Shown here: one piece after another, positions 56,056 through 64,000 of the stretch
Numbering within the stretch: the stretch's first letter is position 1
Layout of the letters: every line of letters begins with the position of its first letter
Origin: an uncultured Clostridia bacterium
Lineage (GTDB): Bacteria > Bacillota > Clostridia > Oscillospirales > Oscillospiraceae
Length of the DNA stretch: 64,000 nt
Reading direction: 5' to 3'
Assembly: GCA_947653875.1 (NCBI GenBank)
Contig: CANTIK010000010.1
Location: 12,366-76,365, forward strand
The notes under the pieces: model-generated
Told to the model about the DNA's origin: nothing
Database searches by the model: none
Seen by the model: the letters and a program-made list of their open reading frames with translations, nothing else
Made by a program: the position numbers and the translations under genes

Positions 56056-57366
56056 TCAGTCCCAATCCACACCAAAGTCAGGCCGGACGGGGTCCAGGAT
56101 ATCTTTCGCGTCATAGAACTGGAGATACCGTTTCCGGGAGTTGCGGAGAGTGGTTCCATCGGGGTGGAGGCGGTCGCAGATCACGGCGCAGATGTCCTTC
56201 TTGATAAAGCTGAAGCTCTCGATGCCCACGGAGCAGAACACCCGGAAGCCCTGGCTCTGCAAATATTTGAAGATGGGCCCGGTTTGGGTCCAGTCGCCGC
56301 CGTCGGGGCGCTCGCCGTGGGGGTAGTACAGGATGGAAGTCTCGCCCACCAGGCTGCCCACCTCGTCAAACCACTTCTGGGTGTCCTTCTGGATGGCGTC
56401 CAGGCCCAGGCGCTGGCCGCTGAGGCGGATGTGGCCCCAGGTGTGGCTGCCGAAGGTCCAGCCGGTGCGCTTGAGTTCCTCGATGATGGGCTTCACCGCC
56501 TCCCGCTCGGCCTGGCGGTTGGCCTCCAGCTCACCGGTCCACTCCACAGCGCCGTCGGTCTGGGTGCGGTAGCCCAGGATGCCCTGGTAGCCGGTGAGGC
56601 TCAGGCTGGCCTTGGCCCCGAAGGGGGAGAAATCCGGATGCTCCTCCACAAACTTGTCCAGGGCGGGGATGGCGTCCAGCTCCCGGCTGGTGACCTCCTT
56701 GCCGTCAGGGTCCAGCCCCCAGGATGTGACCTGTCCGCTTTCGTCCAGAATCAGCTTGTAGGTGAAGCCGTTGTCCAGCATGTAGGGGTAATAGTTGGTG
56801 TCGTCATAGGAGAAGATCAAAGGCTTTTTGCCCTCGGGAAGATAGAGTGTGTTGCGGACCATCTTGGGCTGGCCGTCGTCGCCGGTGGTCTCGCTCCACA
56901 CGTCGCCGATATCCACCAGCACGTAGCCGTTGGCGTAGCAGCTGTCCATGATTTTCCAGAACTCGTCCGCCGTCACCATGAAGTCATCCAGGCCCTTCTC
57001 CTCGCTGTCGCCGTCAAAAGCCAGCTCGGGATAGGCGATGATGGGGTGAAAGAAGAGATGCTCGACAATGCCGTTATAGGCCTCGTATTTCACGCCGTCC
57101 CGCTCCCCGCCCTCGGGCATGACGGTGGGGTCGAGAATCTCATAGGGCGCCTTCTCCGCCGGAACAGGTTCGGGTTCGGCCTCAGGTTCCGGTTCAGGCG
57201 CAGGCTCCTGGGCGGGCTCCGATGGAGCGGTCTGGTCCGCCGGGGGCGTTTGCTCCTGGACCGGCGAGGTTCCGGATGTATCCGGTGCGTCCGGTGTCCC
57301 GCCGCTGGCGCAGGCGGATGTGAACAGAAGCGTCAGGGCCAGCAGCAGCGCGGTGAGCTTTTTCAT
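56056..57366 (-). CDS. Polysaccharide deacetylase-family lipoprotein
   Basis: Start at MKKLTALLLALTLLFTSAC (lipobox). Pro/Glu-rich linker. NodB-like HTWGH motif. Confidence 0.75.
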   Translation of the reverse strand: MKKLTALLLALTLLFTSACASGGTPDAPDTSGTSPVQEQTPPADQTAPSEPAQEPAPEPEPEAEPEPVPAEKAPYEILDPTVMPEGGERDGVKYEAYNGIVEHLFFHPIIAYPELAFDGDSEEKGLDDFMVTADEFWKIMDSCYANGYVLVDIGDVWSETTGDDGQPKMVRNTLYLPEGKKPLIFSYDDTNYYPYMLDNGFTYKLILDESGQVTSWGLDPDGKEVTSRELDAIPALDKFVEEHPDFSPFGAKASLSLTGYQGILGYRTQTDGAVEWTGELEANRQAEREAVKPIIEELKRTGWTFGSHTWGHIRLSGQRLGLDAIQKDTQKWFDEVGSLVGETSILYYPHGERPDGGDWTQTGPIFKYLQSQGFRVFCSVGIESFSFIKKDICAVICDRLHPDGTTLRNSRKRYLQFYDAKDILDPVRPDFGVDWD

Positions 57367-57486
57367 GTGTACAGTACCTCCTGGAGGCGGTTCATCCCGC
57401 CTTTTTCTTCCCTTAGTATACCACGCCTGCCGCCAGAAGCAAGCCAACTTTTTGTATCATATTGGTGACAAAAGGGTAACAGACTC

Positions 57487-57750
57487 CTATTCCTTCACCG
57501 GATCCATGTAGTAGATGCTGTTCATGGTCTCCACCATGATCCGGCCGGATTCCGGCTCCTTTTTCCAGTTCTGGACCAGGCTGGTACGGATATACCGGTT
57601 GCAGGGCTCCCCCCGGCTGTCGTAGCGGCAGTGGAACAGCACACAGCCGTCCTCCATTTTTGCATCGCCGATGCAGCCCAGGTGTGCCCGGTCGGCCGCT
57701 TCCGCTTTGGCGACGCCTTCTTTATCCGTAATATGTTTGATCTGATACAT
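57487..57750 (-). CDS. Hypothetical small protein
   Basis: 87 aa ORF with coding-like composition. No recognised motif. Confidence 0.4.
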   Translation of the reverse strand: MYQIKHITDKEGVAKAEAADRAHLGCIGDAKMEDGCVLFHCRYDSRGEPCNRYIRTSLVQNWKKEPESGRIMVETMNSIYYMDPVKE

Positions 57751-57816
57751 CGTTAACTCTCCTTTTCGGTTTTCTGGCTTGCTTTCTTTATTACACTCTG
57801 CGTGGCACGGTACTGT

Positions 57817-58266
57817 TCATCGCGGTCCGCGCAGGGCGGCGAAAAAATCGGTCAGGACTCTGCGGCACTCCTCCTCCAATATCCCGCCCACCAGAGCGGG
57901 AGTATTGGGAAAGTCCTCCATGAAAAGATTCAGCACTCCCCCGCAGGCCCCCATAGCCGTGTCGCGGGCCCCGTAATACACCCGGGGAATCCGGGCGTTC
58001 AGGATTGCCCCGGCGCACATGGGGCAGGGCTCCAGTGTGACGTACAGCGTACAGTCCTCCAGCCGCCAGGAACCCAAGGCGGCGTTGGCCTCCCGGATGG
58101 CCTCGGTTTCCGCGTGGGAGAGCGCGCTCCGCTTCTCCTCCCGGCGATTCCGTCCCCGACCCACAATCTCACCGCCGCGGACAATGACACAGCCTACGGG
58201 CACCTCGCCCGCCCCGGCGGCTTCCCGGGCCAGGAGAAGCGCCTGACGCATGTAAAATTCGTGCAT
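57817..58266 (-). CDS. tadA: tRNA adenosine(34) deaminase
   Basis: HAETEAI and PCPMCAGA CDA zinc motifs. 149 aa. Confidence 0.9.
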   Translation of the reverse strand: MHEFYMRQALLLAREAAGAGEVPVGCVIVRGGEIVGRGRNRREEKRSALSHAETEAIREANAALGSWRLEDCTLYVTLEPCPMCAGAILNARIPRVYYGARDTAMGACGGVLNLFMEDFPNTPALVGGILEEECRRVLTDFFAALRGPR

Positions 58267-58363
58267 AGAGCCTCAGTCCCTCCCTTCTCCCTGAGATCGG
58301 CGTTTAAGAATTGGCATATTTGTCCAAACTGAGCATAGATTGGTAACCAAGGAGGGATCTTCC

Positions 58364-58636
58364 ATGAAACGTATTTCCCCCATCCGAAACCGGGGAACGG
58401 AGTCCCCGGCCCTGCTGGAATTAAAGACAAGCCTGCAGGAGACCCAGACCGCCCTCAGCCACGCCTATACCGCCTTCGATTACGCCAGCGACCCGGAGCT
58501 GACGGAGGCCTGCATCTATGAGATCCAGTCCCTCCAGGCCCGGATGAACTATCTGGTCCGGCGGATCAAGGAGTTTGAGCTGTGCGCCGCCACGGCGGTG
58601 GCAGCACAGCAGCCGGGGAGGGCGCGATGGATATAA
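58364..58636 (+). CDS. YaaL/DUF2508-family protein
   Basis: Start at MKRISPIR after AAGGAGGG. Precedes bofA, as in Bacillus. Confidence 0.6.
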   Translation: MKRISPIRNRGTESPALLELKTSLQETQTALSHAYTAFDYASDPELTEACIYEIQSLQARMNYLVRRIKEFELCAATAVAAQQPGRARWI

Positions 58637-58890
58637 TGGCGGTTATTTTCCTGGTCCTGGGAGGACTGGCCGCAGCGGCCCTGGGTGCCAGGGCCGCTGC
58701 GGCGCGGGAGGGCTTCCTGCCGGCGGCGGTCAACGGCCTGCTGGGCCTGGCGGCCCTGCTGGCGGTGAACCTCACCACCAGATACACCGGCCTGCATCTG
58801 GGATTCAACCTCTTCAACGGATTGACCGCCGGTATACTGGGGGTCCCAGGCGTGGTGCTTTTGCTGCTGGTGCAGTGGGTGATTACATAG
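58627..58890 (+). CDS. bofA: Pro-sigma-K processing inhibitor BofA
   Basis: 87 aa, two to three TM. LGFNLFNGLTAGILGVPGV conserved C-terminal segment. Confidence 0.75.
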   Translation: MDIMAVIFLVLGGLAAAALGARAAAAREGFLPAAVNGLLGLAALLAVNLTTRYTGLHLGFNLFNGLTAGILGVPGVVLLLLVQWVIT

Positions 58891-58919
58891 GCAGCCGCCT
58901 TTGGCGGCTGCCGGACCAG

Positions 58920-61900
58920 TCAGAACCGCAGCCGTCCGTTGATCCTCTGCATCCGGGGCACGTCCACCTTGCAGGACTTCCGGTCAAAGGTCAGGATGCC
59001 GTTGACCTCGTCCTCCACGTCGCTCACCTGGGTATACACCGCGGCGGACAGGGCCTGCTTGTCAAGACAGGGGATGATCTCCTGCTCGTACAGCCGGGCC
59101 AGTGCGTCCATATACTCTCTGGTGGACTGGTACATCCGGTAGCCGAAGGGCTTGTCCCCGGCGGTATGTCCCGGCACCGGCAGGCTGTAGCCCCCAAACT
59201 CGGTGAGGGCCAGGATACGGCTCTTGTCGTGCTTCAGCCGCACGGGCCTGAAGTACACATGGCGGCTCTTGAAGTCCCCGCCGCCCTGGTCGTGCCAGCC
59301 GGAGGCGTGGTCTACCAGACGGGTGGGATCCTGCTCCCAGAGCATCTGGGTGGCCATCAGGCTGTCGAACTGGCCCCAGCCCTCGTTGAAGGGCACCCAG
59401 ACGGCCAGAGAGACGGTGTTCCGGAGCAGCTCCACCGTGTCGTGGAGGTCCCGAATGAACTGCTCACGGCCGGCCTCCTCCTCCCGTCCGAAGCGGCTGT
59501 ACCGGCTGTCGTTGAGATGGATGCCCAGGAAGGGGGCAACCTGGATGACCAGAGGGTCCAGGCGGCTTCCGCCGCTGACCAGGTCCTGCCATACCAGCAT
59601 CCCCAGCCGGTCGCAGTGGTAGTACCACCGCAGGGGCTCGATCTTGATGTGCTTGCGGAGCATGTTGAACCCGCATTCTTTCATCTTCCGGATGTCGTAG
59701 ACCATGGCCTCGTCGGAGGGCGGGGTATAGAGCCCGTCGCTCCAATACCCCTGGTCCAGCACACCGGACATGAAGATGGGCCGGTCGTTGAGGGCCAGGA
59801 CCTTCTTGCCGTTCACGGCGGTTACGCCGAACTTCCGCATCCCAAAGTAGCTCTCCACCTTGTCCCCGCTCTTCAAGGTGACGGTAACATCGTAGAGGAA
59901 GGGGTCCTCCGGAGTCCAGGGACGGAAGTTTTCATCGGTGATGAGAAACTCCTCGTATTCCCGGGAGGCGTCGTACCAGTCCTCGGCGATGACCACGCCG
60001 TCCCTGCGGACCACCACGTTGGCCCCTTCCGGGTCCTTGGCCTGGAGGACGAAGCGCACCCGCCTGCGGTCGTAGTCCGGGGTGACAGTGAGCTTCTCTA
60101 CATAATTTTCCGGGACGGACTCCATCCAGACCGTCTGCCAGATGCCGCTCTGGGGGGTGTACCAGATGCCGCCGGGACGGAAGCTCTGCTTGCCGTAGGC
60201 GTGGCGGGACCGGGAGGTGGCGTCGGTGACGGCCACCGTCAGGGTGTTCTCCACCTCCGTGAGAGCGTCTGTGATATCACAGGTGAAGGGCAGATAGCCT
60301 CCCTCGTGGCTCCCCGCGAGCCGGCCGTTGACAAAGACCTGGCAGGACTGGTCCACCGCTCCGAAGTGGAGCAGCACCCGGTCCTTCCGGAATCCCTCCG
60401 GCAGGGTGAAGGTCCGGCGGTACCACAGTTTATCCCCGGGCATTACCTTCTTCATCACGCCGGACAGGAAGCTCTCCGGGGAGAAGGGGACGATAATCTC
60501 GCCGTCATAGGAGTCAGGATCCTTCTCCTTCCCGTTCCGGATGGCGTACTGCCAGCGGCCGTTGAGGTTGAGATAGCTGTCCCGGCGCAGCTGGGGACGG
60601 GGATACTCCGGCAGGGGACGCTCCCGGTCCAGATTTTCCCCCCAGGTGGTCAGCATGGGCCGCAGGGACCGGAGGGTCCTGGAGGGCTCCTTCCGCCGCA
60701 GCAGGGCCAGAGGGATGGCGATCAGCAGCAGCACCAGTGCGGCGGCGATGAAGATTTCCGGCGTGGGGACTTCCTTCACCACGCCCAGATCCTCATAGGT
60801 CTCCCCGCCGTGCTGGATCACCGCCGCGCCGATATAAGGGCCTGTCACCATGGGCAGCAGCACCTGGAAAAGGATGCGGATGCCCTGGAACTGTCCCGCC
60901 TTATGGGCGGGGGTGTGGTCCCGGATGAGTCCCTGCAGGCAGGCGGAGAGGACCATGCTGGCTCCCAGCATCACCGTGCCCGCCAGAATAACAGGGACCA
61001 TACCCCGGACGAAGAACATGGCGATGAGCCCGGCGAAGGCCGTAACGGCGGCGGGGACCGCCACATGGAGCTTTCCGTGCCGGTCGATTACCCGCCCAAA
61101 AGCCACGCTGGCCACGCTGGCGGCGGTAAGCACCACGCCCAGAATCACGGCGTAGCTGTCCACCCCAAGGAAGCGCTGGATATAGATGATGAGGTAGGGC
61201 ATATACACCTGCTGGCTGGCGGCGTACACCGCCAGGGCCAGCAGGGCCAGATACAGGGAGGGATTGGCCCAGACGACCCCCGGGCGCAGGCCGTAGAGGA
61301 TGTTCCCCACGTAGTTGCCCTCCGCCCGGCGGAGGTTCTCCGGCTCCTGAATGAGCAAATGGCCCAAGCCGCCTCCCAGCAGGGTCAGTCCGCCCACCAC
61401 AAGGAAGAAGATCCCCCACTTCCCCTGGGTGGTCAGGCCGTCCAGGGCACCGAAGACCACCAGCATGGCCACCAGTGGCATGACGGCCAGCACCGCCTCC
61501 ACCCGGCCCCGGTTCCCGTCGTCGGTGACGTCGGTGACCCAGGCGTTGAAAGCCGCGTCGTTGGCGCTGCTGCCAAAGAAGGTCATCACGCAGTCCAGAA
61601 CGATCACCAGCACCGCCGCAGTCTGGACGGCCTTTGCCGGACCCAGCAGGCGCTCCAGCCCACTCACCCGCACCAGGGCGAAGGCCATGACGCTCAGGCC
61701 CCACAGCAGATAGCCCGTGACGATGATGGGCTTGCGCACCCCCAGCCTGTCCGACAGCGCGCCCACCGTCAGGGTGGTCACCGCCGCCACCACGGCGCTG
61801 GCCGCCACCATGGCGGCGATCATGCCCGTGTCCCCGGTAATGGTGTTGTAGAGGAACACATTGAAATACATGTTCTCCACCACCCAGGCGATCTGGCCGA

Positions 61901-61970
61901 TGAGTCCAAAGCTCAGCAGCGCCGCCCAAACCCGCACGCCCAGGGCGTGCTTTTCCTTCTCCCGTCCCAT
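58920..61970 (-). CDS. Fusion protein: N-terminal MFS/GPH-type transporter plus C-terminal glycoside hydrolase family 2
   Basis: Start at MGREKEK with AGGAGG RBS. About 430 aa with about 12 TM, then the GH2 sugar-binding region (WYRRTFTLPEGF, VLLHFGAVDQSCQVFVNG), acid/base NEGWG and nucleophile-region LTEFGG. Confidence 0.8.
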   Translation of the reverse strand: MGREKEKHALGVRVWAALLSFGLIGQIAWVVENMYFNVFLYNTITGDTGMIAAMVAASAVVAAVTTLTVGALSDRLGVRKPIIVTGYLLWGLSVMAFALVRVSGLERLLGPAKAVQTAAVLVIVLDCVMTFFGSSANDAAFNAWVTDVTDDGNRGRVEAVLAVMPLVAMLVVFGALDGLTTQGKWGIFFLVVGGLTLLGGGLGHLLIQEPENLRRAEGNYVGNILYGLRPGVVWANPSLYLALLALAVYAASQQVYMPYLIIYIQRFLGVDSYAVILGVVLTAASVASVAFGRVIDRHGKLHVAVPAAVTAFAGLIAMFFVRGMVPVILAGTVMLGASMVLSACLQGLIRDHTPAHKAGQFQGIRILFQVLLPMVTGPYIGAAVIQHGGETYEDLGVVKEVPTPEIFIAAALVLLLIAIPLALLRRKEPSRTLRSLRPMLTTWGENLDRERPLPEYPRPQLRRDSYLNLNGRWQYAIRNGKEKDPDSYDGEIIVPFSPESFLSGVMKKVMPGDKLWYRRTFTLPEGFRKDRVLLHFGAVDQSCQVFVNGRLAGSHEGGYLPFTCDITDALTEVENTLTVAVTDATSRSRHAYGKQSFRPGGIWYTPQSGIWQTVWMESVPENYVEKLTVTPDYDRRRVRFVLQAKDPEGANVVVRRDGVVIAEDWYDASREYEEFLITDENFRPWTPEDPFLYDVTVTLKSGDKVESYFGMRKFGVTAVNGKKVLALNDRPIFMSGVLDQGYWSDGLYTPPSDEAMVYDIRKMKECGFNMLRKHIKIEPLRWYYHCDRLGMLVWQDLVSGGSRLDPLVIQVAPFLGIHLNDSRYSRFGREEEAGREQFIRDLHDTVELLRNTVSLAVWVPFNEGWGQFDSLMATQMLWEQDPTRLVDHASGWHDQGGGDFKSRHVYFRPVRLKHDKSRILALTEFGGYSLPVPGHTAGDKPFGYRMYQSTREYMDALARLYEQEIIPCLDKQALSAAVYTQVSDVEDEVNGILTFDRKSCKVDVPRMQRINGRLRF

Positions 61971-62116
61971 TGCCTGAACCTCCTGTCTTTGAAAAAACAC
62001 CGCAGCAGCCGGTCAAAATTCCCGCTCTGGCGTCCGCCGGCGGCGGACAGTGCGGCACCACGGCGCGCCTCCGGCCCGGCAAAAACGCCTCGGAGGCACA
62101 AACCACAATATGTTGT

Positions 62117-62145
62117 ATTATACAACCCCGGGGGCTATCCCGCAA
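62117..62145 (-). promoter_or_regulatory. Candidate sigma-A promoter for the MFS-GH2 gene
   Basis: Minus strand TTGCGG, 17 nt spacer, TATAAT, embedded in a GTTGTAT-TAT-ACAAC palindrome. Confidence 0.4.
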
Positions 62146-62372
62146 GTAGTGTTTAGCGGAAAATTGGAAGAAAAGAAAATTTTCGTTTCTCGACAAATTC
62201 CGGCAAACTTCACCCCCTTGATTCGCTATACTATGCGACAGAGAGCGACACCCAACGTCTCGATTCTCCAGCATCTGCTTTCCTTCGCCGGACGGGGGCT
62301 GGCCCTCTCTTTACATAAAGTCCACCTGCTGAACGGCGGAACTATTTATCCATATGAAGGAGCCATTAAATC

Positions 62373-62531
62373 ATGGATTATCAAAAAGAGTATGCAAGCC
62401 TTGTAGGTCAGATCGACCGGGCCATCTCCATCTTAGAGAACTACGCGCCCGGCGACCCCATCGTCCAGAGGGCCGGAGACCTGCTGTTGTCTGCCCTGCG
62501 GGATGCAGAGGAACACTATTTGCAGGAATAA
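62373..62531 (+). CDS. Small hypothetical protein (52 aa, below the ORF-track cutoff)
   Basis: ATG after a GAAGGAG RBS. MDYQKEYASLVGQIDRAISILENYAPGDP... Followed directly by a strong terminator. Confidence 0.4.
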   Translation: MDYQKEYASLVGQIDRAISILENYAPGDPIVQRAGDLLLSALRDAEEHYLQE

Positions 62532-62548
62532 TTTGCCCTCAATGAGAG

Positions 62549-62585
62549 AAGGAGGAGACCGCGGCACGGTCTCCTCCTTATTTTT
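62549..62585. terminator. Bidirectional intrinsic terminator
   Basis: 13 bp stem AAGGAGGAGACCG/CGGTCTCCTCCTT plus ATTTTT. Confidence 0.65.
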
Positions 62586-64000
62586 CTATTCATCAACCGC
62601 CGCGATATACAGCTGAACCGCCCGGTAGTCCCCTGTAAGCGGGGGCAGCGGATATCCTGCGTGCATCAGTGCGCCGCCGTCCCAGCAGTCCCCGCCGTTC
62701 ACCCGATAGCGCGCCGCGGGATCCAGACCCTTCAGCTTCAGCAGCCGGAAGGGCTGCGCGGCCCGGGTGCTTCCGGCTACCACGGACACCAGCGCCTCCC
62801 GCCGGTCGGGGGAAACCTGCTCCCAGGCGGTGTAAGGCCCGTCCCGGAAGGGGTCTGTAAGGCGGTAGTAGTCTCCCTGATGGAGCAGCTTCCAGCGCTT
62901 CTTGTAGGTCTCGATCTGCCGGCGGATGCCCTCCTTCTCCTCCGGCGTGCATTTACTCAGGTCCAGCTCGTACCCGAAGGCCCCGCTCATGGCCGTGATT
63001 CCCCGGGTCTCCAGGGGGGTGATCCGCCCGTTCTGCTCGTTGGGTACGGCGGAGACGTGAGCCCCCATGGTACACACCGGGTAGCAGAAGGAGGTCCCGT
63101 ACTGGATGCGCAGCCGGTCTATGGCGTCGGTGTTGTCGCTGCACCAGATCTGAGGGGTGTAGTACAGCATCCCCCCGTCGAAGCGGCCGCCGCCGCCGCA
63201 GCAGCCCTCGATCAGGATATGGGGAAAGTCCGTCCGCATCCGCTCCAGCATTTCGTAGACCCCCAGGACGCAGCGGTGATAGACCTCCCCCTGCCGCCGG
63301 GGCGGCAGGGCGGCGGACCACACGCCGGACAGGCTCCGGTTCATATCCCACTTCACATAGGCCACCGGCGCGCTGGACAGCACCTGCCGCAGCTGGGCGT
63401 AGACATGGTCACGGACCTCCTGCCGGGAGAAGTCCAGCACCAGCTGGTTCCGGCCTCTTGCGGGAGACCGTCCCGGGACCCGGAGGGCCCAGTCGGGATG
63501 GGCGCGGTACAGCTCGCTGTCCTCGCTGACCATCTCCGGCTCTACCCAGATGCCGAAGGAGAGTCCCAGGGCGTTGATGGCGGGCGCCAGGGACTCCAGC
63601 CCGCCGGGGAGCTTGTCCGTGTTCACCCGCCAGTCCCCCAGGCCGCTGTTGTCGTCGTCGCGCTTCCCGAACCAGCCGTCGTCTAATACGAACAGCTCCA
63701 CGCCCAGCGCCGCCGCCTCCCGTGCGATGGCCAGCAGCGTTTCCGGATCAAAGTCAAAGTAGGTGGCCTCCCAGTTGTTCACCAGCACAGGCCTGCGCTG
63801 TCCCCCCAAAGGGTCCCGGAGAAGATGGTCCCGGATGGCCTGGTGGAACCGGCGGCTCATCTCCCCCAGACCTGCCTCGGAGCAGATCATGGCCGCCTCC
63901 GGCGCGCTGAAAATTGCGCCGGGCTCCAGGGTCCAGGTAAAATGATAGGGGTTGATGCCCATTACCAGCCGGGCGCTCTCAAACTGTCCGGCCTCCGCCT
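62586..64000 (-). CDS. Alpha-galactosidase (GH36), C-terminal about 470 aa; the 5' end lies beyond the window
   Basis: RPVLVNNWEATYFDFD, ELFVLDDGWFGKRDDD, KWDMNR GH36 motifs. The frame stays open to position 64000. Confidence 0.85.
   Translation of the reverse strand, partial: AEAGQFESARLVMGINPYHFTWTLEPGAIFSAPEAAMICSEAGLGEMSRRFHQAIRDHLLRDPLGGQRRPVLVNNWEATYFDFDPETLLAIAREAAALGVELFVLDDGWFGKRDDDNSGLGDWRVNTDKLPGGLESLAPAINALGLSFGIWVEPEMVSEDSELYRAHPDWALRVPGRSPARGRNQLVLDFSRQEVRDHVYAQLRQVLSSAPVAYVKWDMNRSLSGVWSAALPPRRQGEVYHRCVLGVYEMLERMRTDFPHILIEGCCGGGGRFDGGMLYYTPQIWCSDNTDAIDRLRIQYGTSFCYPVCTMGAHVSAVPNEQNGRITPLETRGITAMSGAFGYELDLSKCTPEEKEGIRRQIETYKKRWKLLHQGDYYRLTDPFRDGPYTAWEQVSPDRREALVSVVAGSTRAAQPFRLLKLKGLDPAARYRVNGGDCWDGGALMHAGYPLPPLTGDYRAVQLYIAAVDE

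Noticed and set aside
58575-62156. 1193 aa plus-strand ORF
   Set aside because: It is antisense to the MFS-GH2 fusion gene and overlaps the real bofA gene in another frame. It is low-complexity.

Overview
High-GC Firmicutes-type chromosome segment, probably a Clostridia or Oscillospiraceae-like gut anaerobe judging by sporulation genes, SLH and dockerin domains and Shine-Dalgarno usage. About 60 genes are supported.

The backbone is housekeeping or accessory metabolism:
- an Fe3+/polyamine-type ABC importer
- cobO, cls, pncB, coaW, a larE-like gene and sfsA
- a Na+-translocating decarboxylase operon (oadG, BCCP, oadB, oadA)
- an ECF sigma/anti-sigma pair
- a TetR-controlled kinase/aldolase/aminotransferase cluster
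- a sirtuin, a MATE pump, tadA, a yaaL-like gene and bofA
- GH2 and GH36 glycosidases

Two visibly AT-richer islands interrupt this backbone:
- about 24.85-26.7 kb: a SAMHD1/YwfO-like HD-domain protein plus a YwgA-like partner
- about 37.15-40.0 kb: a type II restriction-modification pair next to a tyrosine-recombinase remnant

Non-standard signals:
1. Two oppositely oriented copies of a ~0.5 kb hairpin-rich noncoding element with nested terminal inverted modules and compensatory stem changes. One copy sits inside the decarboxylase operon.
2. A 67-68 bp inverted repeat carrying a sigma-A-like promoter, bracketing a 13 kb segment (27.0-40.07 kb). There is an extra partial copy and a 29 bp inverted-repeat (inverton-like) structure at its left end.
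3. A 900 aa flagellin-like protein with a large central insert, in an XRE/membrane-protein mini-operon.
4. A translationally coupled chain: dockerin-bearing M60-like peptidase, cohesin-like/SLH anchor, small protein, membrane-anchored nuclease.
5. An MFS transporter fused to a GH2 glycosidase.

No rRNA, tRNA or CRISPR array was recognised by eye. All calls rest on reading the ORF translations and the sequence; no database search was run.
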